Shown in pieces: positions 26,577 to 35,178 of a stretch of 64,000 bases of DNA (positions within the stretch are counted from its first letter, which is position 1; every line of letters begins with the position of its first letter). The stretch covers positions 13,320-77,319 of the forward strand of contig CAYFMJ010000002.1 of the NCBI GenBank assembly GCA_964344235.1, read 5' to 3'. Both the position numbers and the translations under genes were made by a program. The DNA is from an uncultured Methanosarcinales archaeon. GTDB taxonomy: Archaea; Nanobdellota; Nanobdellia; Woesearchaeales; GW2011-AR9. Under the pieces are notes generated by a model. It searched no databases, was not told the DNA's origin, and worked only from the letters and a program-made list of their open reading frames with translations.

Positions 26577-26864
26577 CTAGAGCATAGTTTTGATACTCTC
26601 AATCGAAGATGCAATGTCTTGACCTTTCTTCGTTAACTCTAATAACTTCAAGCGGCCTTCTTTCTTAAAATTAATTAACTCTGCTTTCTGCATCTCTTGT
26701 AAAATCTTTACAACATGAGAATATGTGCAATCAATTTGCTTTGCCAAGACAGATGCGTAGACATTGCTGTTTGCATTCTTTAACTCAACCAACATCATTG
26801 CCGGCTTCTCTCTGAAAAAAACGTCGAATATTCCTTTTTCTTTGATCAATGTAAAACCCCCCAA
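26577..26864 (-). CDS. winged-helix transcriptional regulator (ArsR/MarR-like)
   Basis: 95 aa. YASVLAKQIDCTYSHVVKILQEMQKAELINFKKEGRLKLLELTKKG matches an HTH plus wing. TTG start in the track. Confidence 0.6.
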   Translation of the reverse strand: MGGFTLIKEKGIFDVFFREKPAMMLVELKNANSNVYASVLAKQIDCTYSHVVKILQEMQKAELINFKKEGRLKLLELTKKGQDIASSIESIKTML

Positions 26865-26925
26865 ACATCCACCTAACCCCGATCATTCGGGTTGAATAGG
26901 TATATTTAAACATTTATTGACTCTA

Positions 26926-28848
26926 ATGGATATTTTGGAGAACACATTCTTATTTAAACTTTCTGGTTCGTTTTTTCACTACATATTACCTAAAATGCTT
27001 TCTCCAGATGTCAAAGAATTCTTCCCGTACGACCAGATACGAGATGGTCAAAAAGAACTCATTAACGACGTAGAACGTACCTGCAAGGAACAGAAAATTC
27101 TGCTTGCACATGCTCCTACTGGTTTAGGAAAAACTGTAAGCTCTTTAGCAGCAATTCTTTCCTATGCAATCAAAGAAAAGAAAGTTGTGTTCTTTCTCAC
27201 TAACAGACACACACAACACCGCATTGCTGTTGAAACGATCAAACACATCCGTGACAAAACGCATGAACCCCTTTCCTGTGTTGATTTAATTGGAAAACGA
27301 TGGATGTGTAATCAAGAAGTTTCCAGCTTGTTTGGTAGTGACTTTAACGAGTTCTGCAAGTCAATCGTTGAGAAAGGCGAATGTGAATTCTATAACAACA
27401 TTAGAACAAAGAAAGGCCTCAGCGTACCAGCACAAGCACTGATTAAAGAACTTGAACGGCAAACGCTCCACAACGAAGAACTTGTTGCCAGAGGGAAAGA
27501 AGAAAAGATGTGCAGTTATGAAATTGCTATGGCCATGGCCAAGAAAGCAACTGTAATTATTGGCGATTATTATTACCTCTTCAACCCGTTTATTCAAGCT
27601 ACTCTCTTCACTAAAATGGAAAAAGAGATGGAGGATGCCATTGTGATTGTTGATGAAGGTCACAACCTCCCTGCAAGAGTTACAGACATGGTAAGTAATA
27701 CCCTCACCAGCCTCATGATCAAAAATGCCATTATGGAAGCAAGGAAATACCATTACCAAGGCCTTATTGAGTGGCTACAAAAGTTACAAGAAATTCTTAC
27801 TCAATTGGCAGTATTTGATGATGCTTCCAAAGAAAAGAAAGTGAGTCGAGAACAGTTCTCACAGAAGGTAGCGGCGTTTATTGACTATGAAAATCTCATT
27901 GAAGAGCTAGATGCCGCAGCTGATGAGGTTCGCAAACGGCAGCGAAAAAGTTATCTTGGTGGAATTGCTTCTTTCTTAGAAGCATGGAATGGTGCAGATG
28001 ATGGTTTTACTAGAATCATTAACGAAACAGAAACCAAATTCGGTCCGAGTATTGCACTCAAATATCTCTGTTTAGATCCTTCTATTATTACTAAACCCGT
28101 ATTTTCCCGTGTTCATGCTGGTGTTATCATGAGTGGTACACTTACTCCTGTCTCTATGTACAGCGACGTATTGGGCATAGATAACCCACTTGAGAGAGAG
28201 TACCACTCTCCATTTCCACCGGAGAATAAACTTGCTCTTGTTGTTCCTGAGACAACTACCAAATACACTGCCCGTAATAATGGCATGTATAAAGAAATTG
28301 CAGAACGTTGCTCTACCATCGCTTCACTTGTTCCGGGAAACGTCGCTCTGTTCTTCCCTTCCTATTACGTTCGTGACTGTGTTGGTGAGTTTTTCCAATC
28401 AGAGAAACAATTATTTTGGGAAAAAAGTTCTATGCAGAAAGAAGAAAAAGAACAATTCCTCAGGGACTTTCGGGCAATAAAAGAAACGGGTGGCGTTCTG
28501 TTGGGTGTAACGGGCGCTAACTTCGCTGAAGGTGTTGATTTCCCTGGTGATTTATTGCATGGCGTCGTTGTTATTGGTATCCCTTTAGCAAAACCAGACT
28601 TGAAAACGAAAGAAGTTATCAACTACTACCAGCAAAAATTCGGCAAGGGGTGGGAGTATGGCTATACATTCCCTGCCATCTCTAAATGTATTCAGTCGGC
28701 TGGCAGGTGTATTAGAAGTGAGTCAGATAAAGGTGCCGTTATTTATTTAGACGAACGCTTTGCCTGGTCACGCTATTATGGTTGCTTACCACGCGAGGGT
28801 TTAATCGTTAGCAAAGAGTATACAAAATACTTAACGGAATTCTGGTAA
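26926..28848 (+). CDS. xpd: XPD/Rad3-family 5'-3' DNA helicase (FeS-cluster helicase)
   Basis: Walker A APTGLGKT, DEGH box IVDEGHNL, Cys cluster (C..C..C...C) between motifs Ia and II, and C-terminal QSAGRCIRS. Confidence 0.85.
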   Translation: MDILENTFLFKLSGSFFHYILPKMLSPDVKEFFPYDQIRDGQKELINDVERTCKEQKILLAHAPTGLGKTVSSLAAILSYAIKEKKVVFFLTNRHTQHRIAVETIKHIRDKTHEPLSCVDLIGKRWMCNQEVSSLFGSDFNEFCKSIVEKGECEFYNNIRTKKGLSVPAQALIKELERQTLHNEELVARGKEEKMCSYEIAMAMAKKATVIIGDYYYLFNPFIQATLFTKMEKEMEDAIVIVDEGHNLPARVTDMVSNTLTSLMIKNAIMEARKYHYQGLIEWLQKLQEILTQLAVFDDASKEKKVSREQFSQKVAAFIDYENLIEELDAAADEVRKRQRKSYLGGIASFLEAWNGADDGFTRIINETETKFGPSIALKYLCLDPSIITKPVFSRVHAGVIMSGTLTPVSMYSDVLGIDNPLEREYHSPFPPENKLALVVPETTTKYTARNNGMYKEIAERCSTIASLVPGNVALFFPSYYVRDCVGEFFQSEKQLFWEKSSMQKEEKEQFLRDFRAIKETGGVLLGVTGANFAEGVDFPGDLLHGVVVIGIPLAKPDLKTKEVINYYQQKFGKGWEYGYTFPAISKCIQSAGRCIRSESDKGAVIYLDERFAWSRYYGCLPREGLIVSKEYTKYLTEFW

Positions 28849-29244
28849 GTTGTTAAGAATTGGAAAATACGTTTTTGGCTTGTCCCTTCGCTTTTTTCGA
28901 TCATGCTGTGCTTCCTGTAGTAGTATGTCTATTGCCCCCGGACTTTCATCTCTACCACAATCATAATGCCTACACCAAAATGGCTTTCTCTCTTCAATCC
29001 CACACGTATTTGTCGCCTCATCAAGAAAAAGGCAAGCGATCGACTCGGGCTTTGATACAATGGCCCATTTTCCCCTTCTTCGCTTAACATTTTCCCTACC
29101 AATACGATCTAACTCTTCTTCTGCAACAACCCTCCCGGCTTTGTAGCAACAAGCGTTGTGACAGGAAGATGCGTATTTCATCCCACAAACAGCTTGCTTT
29201 CCTCCACCAAACTCTTCCATCAAGAAGCGAATATTTCCCTCCAT
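28831..29244 (-). CDS. YkgJ-family Cys-cluster (zinc/iron-chelating) protein
   Basis: CHNACCYK and CLFLDEATNTCGIEERKPFWCRHYDC patterns typical of the CxxCxxCC family. Confidence 0.65.
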   Translation of the reverse strand: MEGNIRFLMEEFGGGKQAVCGMKYASSCHNACCYKAGRVVAEEELDRIGRENVKRRRGKWAIVSKPESIACLFLDEATNTCGIEERKPFWCRHYDCGRDESPGAIDILLQEAQHDRKKRRDKPKTYFPILNNLPEFR

Positions 29245-29532
29245 TTATACTTTCTGGCAAATTTATTGCTTTGTATACAAAACAACAAAAAAGCAACCAG
29301 TATACAAAAACGTAACATTTATATACAAGTACTACTTTGAGACTCAATAAGGGAAAAAGAGGTGATAGTTACCCTAACTATCCACAATAACGGGGCTCCT
29401 TCGATTCTACCACCCTCACCCCCTCTAGGGGGCCCCACTTCCCTATGATTTCTGAGGCTATTTTTACGATACTTTTATAAGCAAACCAAGGGTCCAGCGC
29501 TTTCTCAAAACAATTTGGAGTGTGAAATAAAA

Positions 29533-29850
29533 ATGGCAAAAGAATTACCAAGAAAGAGACTGTTTACGATGTTAAGAGAAAAACCAATTGGTAGTGAAGA
29601 GGTTCCAGAGATCTCAGAAATCTTTAAAGATCATGGAATCAACATAGATCCAGATACCGAAGGGTTAGTCGCTGAATATGGTGGTAGACAAGTTGTGATT
29701 TATGGTGAGAAAGGCAACCCTGGCGATTGGGTCCAAGCATTAACAGCAACCTACGATCTTAGTCAAATGGGTTTTGCAAAAGCACCATTTAGAAATTTTG
29801 TTGCAGCTGAAGTAGGTGACCGGTTACCTGGTCGTGGTTACCGCGCTTAA
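29533..29850 (+). CDS. hypothetical protein
   Basis: ATG at 29533 inside the track ORF (which uses a TTG start). 105 aa. No motif recognised. Confidence 0.45.
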   Translation: MAKELPRKRLFTMLREKPIGSEEVPEISEIFKDHGINIDPDTEGLVAEYGGRQVVIYGEKGNPGDWVQALTATYDLSQMGFAKAPFRNFVAAEVGDRLPGRGYRA

Positions 29851-29851
29851 T

Positions 29852-30478
29852 TCACTCAACATATTTCTTATTTTTACTTGCATAACTGTAATGTACTTCT
29901 CCAAAACCACAACCAACACACGTTGCATCCATATCTACCCAATTCTCTGCATCTTTATACCGCGGTGTCGCTTCTGGCAAGTACACTTGCACATACACAT
30001 GCCCCGGCACAAACACAAATCGCGTCCTAAAACCCACAGATTGTAATAAAGAAGATAATAGAATAGAAGAATCATCACAATCCCCAACAGAAGAATGAAA
30101 CGCTTCCTGTGGTGTTTTGTAATACTCATACACTAATGGATCATTAACATACTTAAAATTCTGCTGCACAAAATAAAACATCGCTTTGGCAATACACACT
30201 CGATGTGTTTCCTTACATGATAACGCAATAATTTTGTCAGCTACTTTCTTAATCTCTGACGTTGTTTGCACATATGAAGTAATCCCTCCACTTACCACTG
30301 GAATACTCATCTGCGGCACTCCTACCTCTTCTATGCTAGGAATCATAACTGGTTCGGGATTTTGTTTCACTCCATAATACGGCACAGCCCATAAAACAAT
30401 GATAAAAATCAGAAACAACCCTAGGAAAATCTTCCACACACCTTTCTTCTCCTCTTCGAAATGTTCTTCTTCCATCAT
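29852..30478 (-). CDS. membrane-anchored transglutaminase-like cysteine protease-fold protein
   Basis: N-terminal TM, then VGDCDDSSILLSSLLQSVGF...VPGHVYVQV...VDMDAT, matching a Cys-His-Asp transglutaminase core. Confidence 0.7.
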   Translation of the reverse strand: MMEEEHFEEEKKGVWKIFLGLFLIFIIVLWAVPYYGVKQNPEPVMIPSIEEVGVPQMSIPVVSGGITSYVQTTSEIKKVADKIIALSCKETHRVCIAKAMFYFVQQNFKYVNDPLVYEYYKTPQEAFHSSVGDCDDSSILLSSLLQSVGFRTRFVFVPGHVYVQVYLPEATPRYKDAENWVDMDATCVGCGFGEVHYSYASKNKKYVE

Positions 30479-30942
30479 AGCAACCGATAATACTGAACAA
30501 ACTCTTCTTCAGAAATAACAAAACCGGCGTCAATAAAATGTTTTGCTAGTATTGGTGCATCTTTCGCAACGTCATCACTCTTTTTAAAATTCAAAATACG
30601 TTTTACCGTAAAATCACACAAATACCCTTCATTTATCTTTAACACAATTGACTTCCCATTTTTTTGTTTTAAACTTTTATCAAACACAACATTCTCACAA
30701 CAAAAACTACTTTTATTCTTCACAAACCCATGTGACAATAATTCTTTCTCGATTAAACAACGCACCAATTCTTTCTTCGTATTATATTCTCCACTTCTTA
30801 CAATCTCATCTCTTTCAGAAAATTCATGCACTTTCCCTAAATACTTCTTCACCTTCTGCCGCGGCCCTTGGGGTGTTGTTGTACTTTCTACTAAATACGC
30901 ATACTGACTTCCGTTAATTCTTTTACAACGAATATAGGCCAT
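30475..30942 (-). CDS. hypothetical protein translationally coupled to the transglutaminase-like gene
   Basis: 155 aa. 4-nt overlap with the downstream gene. The N-terminal Y.YLVES....G.RQK..KYLGK motif resembles N-termini seen in some archaeal IS-encoded proteins (from memory). Confidence 0.45.
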   Translation of the reverse strand: MAYIRCKRINGSQYAYLVESTTTPQGPRQKVKKYLGKVHEFSERDEIVRSGEYNTKKELVRCLIEKELLSHGFVKNKSSFCCENVVFDKSLKQKNGKSIVLKINEGYLCDFTVKRILNFKKSDDVAKDAPILAKHFIDAGFVISEEEFVQYYRLL

Positions 30943-31206
30943 GCAACGAACAACTCATACACTAATATAAATCTTTAGAAATCAACGAAAAGAAACAAGT
31001 GGGAAAAGAAGTAATTCACGCAACTATTTATTCCTGCCGTTACCACCGCTTTTAGTACGCATATATGCCATATGGGGTAGATGTGGAATACATATATATT
31101 TCAACGTTTCTCTTCCAACTGTGCTCAACAACAATATTTGGCGTCAGTATTAACAGAGTTTCTTATTATTTTGCCAACTGCACAAACACAAAGTTTGGAG
31201 GTGGAT

Positions 31207-31524
31207 ATGATAACAATGAAAACGGCACCATTTAATAGGTGTATTGAATGTACCGATGTGATTACTAACCCAGTTTGTCCCGGCTGTCTAGCAAAAGAGA
31301 TGCAAGTTATGGTTTCTGAGCACAACGAAGCTCTAGCCATGCAAATCACTGCCCCTCACATCCCGGGAGGAGAGACCATGTGTATCTCCTGTGGTGATTC
31401 CATGAACCTGTGTGCGCACTGTTTCAGTAAGGATGTCTACCTCTTCCTTGAACACCATAACGAACAAATTGCTGAAGAGTTCATGCGCCGTTTCGACTTT
31501 GAATTACGACAAGAATTTTATTAA
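31207..31524 (+). CDS. hypothetical 4x CxxC zinc-binding protein
   Basis: GGAGGTGGAT precedes the ATG at 31207. Contains CIEC, CPGC, CISC and CAHC pairs. The track's longer N-terminus looks non-coding. Confidence 0.5.
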   Translation: MITMKTAPFNRCIECTDVITNPVCPGCLAKEMQVMVSEHNEALAMQITAPHIPGGETMCISCGDSMNLCAHCFSKDVYLFLEHHNEQIAEEFMRRFDFELRQEFY

Positions 31525-32963
31525 CAATTAATACCAATCACGCTGCTAATCTCCTCAGAGGTAAAACACTGCTGCAGCACTTTACAATATTGCGAATATT
31601 CTTTCTCAGGATTCTTAATGAAACCACTCAACACATATTCTGATGGTAACACATACATTCTTTTACTTTTATGTGTTTTCTCAATGGAACCACACGTTAA
31701 ACTCTGCACAGTCTTCTGGAATGCCTGCCAACTGTTGAACTTCACACTATAATCAGCTTCAACACCTGTTTCACACTGCTGCTTTGACCGTAAGATCAAA
31801 TCGCTCTTGCCGGGAGTTTTCACAACATGATATGATGCACTATTTGGTCCATCCACCGTTTGCACACAGATATGGAACGCATCAACTTTGTCATAAAACG
31901 CGTTCTTCGTGAGATACGTCCCCAATTCCGCTTTCATAGAACTATGTAATTGCGCTTCTGACTGGAAATACACTGCATGTCCTGTTGCTCCTTTCAAGAT
32001 AAAGAACACGCCAACCAACACTAAAATACTGAACCCAGCAATAAACGCTACTTTGTGGATATCTACATCAACCTCAGCACTACCGTCAGCCCGAGGGGAA
32101 CCAGCTTTCTTATATTTCTTATAATTATGCCGCATCGTCTCCTTATACGCCCATTGAACATCATTTGGATGCCAACCTGCTTTCACTAAATTCGATTTAA
32201 TATGGGGAAACTTCTTTCCCGCAGCAATGTGTTTTGTAATGTAATTCTTTACCTCTGGATGAACTTTCGGTGAACCTTTAGACTTCATTACATACTTAAT
32301 ACCAAAGAACGCTACCATAAACACTAATAGTGCAAACAAACCGACTGTTAAAAATTTTGTAAATGCTCTTTCTTTATCAACATCCTGTTCCACATTCTTC
32401 AACTCTGCCTGTGCAGCTTCCACATCTTCTTGCAACCCTGCTAACCCCACTGTGTTCTCTTGTACATCTCCTTCAATCGAACCTTGCATTGAGTTTAGTA
32501 ATTGAATATTGTCGTTAAGATCATTGATTTGCTGCTGCAATACCAAAATGTTACTTTCTGTCTGCATGACTCTACTCTCCAAATCAGCAGAACTTGCTTC
32601 CAGGATACTTACCTCCTCTTGTAATTCATCAATTACTTGTTGATCAACACTTGGTGTTACTTCTGTTACATTTGTGTCATTAATCTCTTCTCCTCCACCA
32701 AAGAAATTTTCAAAAAATAACTCCTCTTCCGTCCCCCCAACAGATTCATCATCAATATCATTAGGATTCTGCCACATACATGTCAACGTCTCAACGCCAC
32801 AATAACAGATTTCATCACTACTTCCCGTAAACACTTCACATGGCAAAGAACAGTCAGCATTACTTGTACACATCTCCTCCAAATTAATATCTGCACCCAA
32901 GACAAACGAACCGCCACCTATAGTAAACAGCAATACAAACAGCACATACACACTTTTTTTCAT
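31521..32963 (-). CDS. secreted/membrane protein with Cys-rich N-domain, coiled coil and two TM segments
   Basis: Signal-peptide-like MKKSVYVLFVLLFTIGG, a long Q/E/L heptad region, and TM segments FLTVGLFALLVFMVAFF and VAFIAGFSILVLVGVFFIL. Confidence 0.55.
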   Translation of the reverse strand: MKKSVYVLFVLLFTIGGGSFVLGADINLEEMCTSNADCSLPCEVFTGSSDEICYCGVETLTCMWQNPNDIDDESVGGTEEELFFENFFGGGEEINDTNVTEVTPSVDQQVIDELQEEVSILEASSADLESRVMQTESNILVLQQQINDLNDNIQLLNSMQGSIEGDVQENTVGLAGLQEDVEAAQAELKNVEQDVDKERAFTKFLTVGLFALLVFMVAFFGIKYVMKSKGSPKVHPEVKNYITKHIAAGKKFPHIKSNLVKAGWHPNDVQWAYKETMRHNYKKYKKAGSPRADGSAEVDVDIHKVAFIAGFSILVLVGVFFILKGATGHAVYFQSEAQLHSSMKAELGTYLTKNAFYDKVDAFHICVQTVDGPNSASYHVVKTPGKSDLILRSKQQCETGVEADYSVKFNSWQAFQKTVQSLTCGSIEKTHKSKRMYVLPSEYVLSGFIKNPEKEYSQYCKVLQQCFTSEEISSVIGINC

Positions 32964-33015
32964 AGTCCTCTTTTTCCTACATTAAAGAAGTCCTTTTTTG
33001 ATTTATATACTTTCC

Positions 33016-33024
33016 TATAATTCC
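33016..33024. repeat. left copy of the 9-bp target-site duplication TATAATTCC
   Basis: Identical 9-mer directly abuts the outside of both terminal inverted repeats (33016-33024 and 38868-38876). Confidence 0.75.
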
Positions 33025-33037
33025 GGCTTTGCACAAA
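33025..33037. repeat. left terminal inverted repeat GGCTTTGCACAAA, with two further subterminal TGCACAAA copies at 33048-33055 and 33068-33075
   Basis: Exact reverse complement of 38855-38867. The TGCACAAA core occurs three times within 50 nt. Confidence 0.75.
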
Positions 33038-33169
33038 CGCTTAGTTCTGCACAAAGAGATTGCATTTTGCACAAACAATATCTCCCCAAATTAGGGGTTT
33101 TTTGGGTGTTTAGTTAACTATGTGTTCCACACAAGAAGTTTTTAAATAATATCAGCCGTAAGATACGTC

Positions 33170-33583
33170 ATGGTTAAAATTAGGGGGTCAGAGGCTATTA
33201 GGAGAATCCGCCAAATACAAAAGAACATTGAAGAGCAGAATAGAAAAGACATAGATGATGAATTAGAACTGCTTGGTCTGAACAGAAATGATCCTGACCT
33301 AAAAAAAATCGTAGAGAAAATCATTGAGAAAACAGAATCAGAAAGGGCCCTTTTGAAAATACTTAACAAACGTTTTGAGACGAATAAAGCAGTCAATATC
33401 AAAAGAACATTTGAGATCATAGATCGGATTAGATCTAAGAAAAATTTCTACGTCAATTTAGCATATATCAGGAAACAAGAAAAAATAAACGGGAGGCTAT
33501 TACGCCTGAACCGAGATACAATCCGCTTGACTATTTTGGTTTTGTTGTTGATGGCAGTTCAGATATTCTTAATGGTTCGTTGA
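33170..33583 (+). CDS. hypothetical coiled-coil protein (uncertain)
   Basis: 137-aa K/E/R-rich ORF at the left end of the element. It competes with an antisense ORF and overlaps the 3' end of the nuclease gene. Confidence 0.3.
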   Translation: MVKIRGSEAIRRIRQIQKNIEEQNRKDIDDELELLGLNRNDPDLKKIVEKIIEKTESERALLKILNKRFETNKAVNIKRTFEIIDRIRSKKNFYVNLAYIRKQEKINGRLLRLNRDTIRLTILVLLLMAVQIFLMVR

Positions 33584-34232
33584 CTCTTACCCATTTACAA
33601 AACCCGCACTCTTCAGAGCTCTCTGGCAAACTGCCTTCAAGAACCGCTATCGCCTCTTTGAAGATTTTCTTAGCGTTGTTAACATTAACTTTCATTTTTA
33701 TTAGTTCTGCGTGAAAGTCAACATCGCCATTCTCGTGAACTTTATTTGGATGGTAGAAGAGCAGGTAAGCGTAATCTTCGGTTTTGTAATCATTTAACTG
33801 CAGTAGGTGGTTGTAAATGTCTAACTGATTCTGGTAATGGTCTGCTGTATCCTCTTTTAATGGGTATCCTCTAGTTTTGTAATCTAAAACGATGAGTTTG
33901 TTGCCTTTCTTTAGAATGTTGTCTACGGCTCCACGAAAGAGGTTTCCTTCTTTGTCCGTCCACTGAATACCTTTGAAATTGTTTCTCCAAATTGTAAGTA
34001 ACTCTTCATCATCAAAGAGTTTTACTTCACCATTGAGTTTCTCTAATTCTGGAGGGAGTGTTTCCAACTTCATAAACTTATCAAAGTGGTTTTTTAAGAT
34101 TCTATCTATTCCAGAAGGTAAACTTGGAAAGATTCCGTTAGGCCTACGCAACTTTTTATTATGGTGTAGCCAGAAACAACGTGGACATTCTTTTAGAAGG
34201 CTTAGTGCTGAAGGGGAGAGTTTGTATGCCAT
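33531..34232 (-). CDS. Cas4/RecB-like PD-(D/E)XK nuclease
   Basis: N-terminal LSPSALSLLKECPRCFWL, GAVDNI (D), VLDYKT (D/E-x-K), QNQLDIYNHLL (QxxxY), and C-terminal Cys pair ECGFCKW. Confidence 0.7.
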   Translation of the reverse strand: MAYKLSPSALSLLKECPRCFWLHHNKKLRRPNGIFPSLPSGIDRILKNHFDKFMKLETLPPELEKLNGEVKLFDDEELLTIWRNNFKGIQWTDKEGNLFRGAVDNILKKGNKLIVLDYKTRGYPLKEDTADHYQNQLDIYNHLLQLNDYKTEDYAYLLFYHPNKVHENGDVDFHAELIKMKVNVNNAKKIFKEAIAVLEGSLPESSEECGFCKWVRVNEPLRISELPSTTKPK

Positions 34233-34233
34233 T

Positions 34234-35178
34234 TTAGTTTAGGGATTTTGAATAAGGTAATGATTTAATATAATTCCTCATAAAAATCCAATCTGGCCTG
34301 CCATCTTTATCGACAGGCAACATTATTTTACTCTTTGACATCCTATCAAATCTCCATTTACGGCCGTAATTAAACCGATATTTTTCTTTACCAATTAAAG
34401 GGATTAAGAACATCGAGATATATACATCTAGATGCCCATCTTTGATTCTTAAAATGTTTACATCATGAGAACAAGTAAATTCTTCTGGTTGATAGAATGC
34501 AGCACCAGCATGGCCATTGTTAACTACTGTTAAACAATTCCCCTTGAAGACTTTTTCTACAATCGATTTGTCAAGATAATCTGTAACGCCATTGTTATAA
34601 ACGGATGCTGAGATGAATTTCAATTCCCCCTCCTTAGTTGGCCTTTTATTATAAAATCCTCTTTCAATTGCGAATACCTCACCATACAAGAAATACTTCC
34701 ACTTTCTACTTGATAAATTTGTTTTTTCGTTTAATAACCTTGCATTAAGATTCCTTCGGACAAATTTTTTCTTTTTATAGACCCACGAGGGCATATTAAT
34801 CTCAACCAATGTTCTCCCAAGCCTACTAGGTGTAACCTTTCTACCATAGCTATATCTAAAAACTTCCCTTCTTATTAAAAGGACAAAATACATCATCTCC
34901 TCCCTTGAAAATTTCCTTTTTGGTGAAAGAACAATGCTATCACTATTTATACAACAACCCCTCTCTTGTAAGAATGCATAACAAACCGTTCCAGTCCTGG
35001 GTACATTAATGACATTTCTATAGGTTGGTTCAATATCTACATAACCCACAACTCCATTATCGGTTCCTTTTGATGAGATAAGTGGAGTTTTCCCTCTATC
35101 AACAGTATCTCTTACTAAGAGGTTGTCTTTTCCATACTCCATATCAAACAATTCACGTAGTTCAATCAACTTCCTCAC
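34234..35178 (-). CDS. HsdS-like specificity subunit with two target-recognition domains (BcgI-B-like)
   Basis: Internal duplication: LRELFDMEYGK...PLISSKGTDNGVVGYV...YSYGRK...IEINMP versus GEVFAIERGF...FISASVYNNGVTDYL...FNYGRK...KIMLPV. 314 aa, with no long HsdS coiled-coil spacers. Confidence 0.7.
   Translation of the reverse strand: MRKLIELRELFDMEYGKDNLLVRDTVDRGKTPLISSKGTDNGVVGYVDIEPTYRNVINVPRTGTVCYAFLQERGCCINSDSIVLSPKRKFSREEMMYFVLLIRREVFRYSYGRKVTPSRLGRTLVEINMPSWVYKKKKFVRRNLNARLLNEKTNLSSRKWKYFLYGEVFAIERGFYNKRPTKEGELKFISASVYNNGVTDYLDKSIVEKVFKGNCLTVVNNGHAGAAFYQPEEFTCSHDVNILRIKDGHLDVYISMFLIPLIGKEKYRFNYGRKWRFDRMSKSKIMLPVDKDGRPDWIFMRNYIKSLPYSKSLN

Noticed and set aside
26543-26600. 15-nt direct repeat CATAGTTTTGATACT, at about 26543-26557 and about 26583-26597.
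   Set aside because: One copy is the 3' coding end of the wHTH gene and the other lies just downstream. It is short and isolated, most simply a small duplication scar. There is no evidence of a regulatory or mobile function.
31170-31195. CTGCACAAACACAAAG shares the 9-nt TGCACAAAC core with the transposon's left end. Considered as a possible third end or an old excision scar.
   Set aside because: Only 9 nt match and there is no GGCTTT terminus or flanking TSD. A 9-mer is expected by chance about once in a window of this size.
33084-33103. CCCC-AAATTA-GGGG followed by TTTTTT just inside the transposon's left end. Considered as an insulating terminator.
   Set aside because: The stem is only 4 bp. 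Archaeal termination needs only the T-run, so the hairpin adds little. It is kept as a remark, not a feature.
33142-33420. 92-aa minus-strand ORF competing with the plus-strand ORF 33170-33583.
   Set aside because: Ser/Phe/Leu-rich shadow-frame composition. The plus-strand ORF is itself only weakly supported. Neither can be confirmed without homology or expression data.
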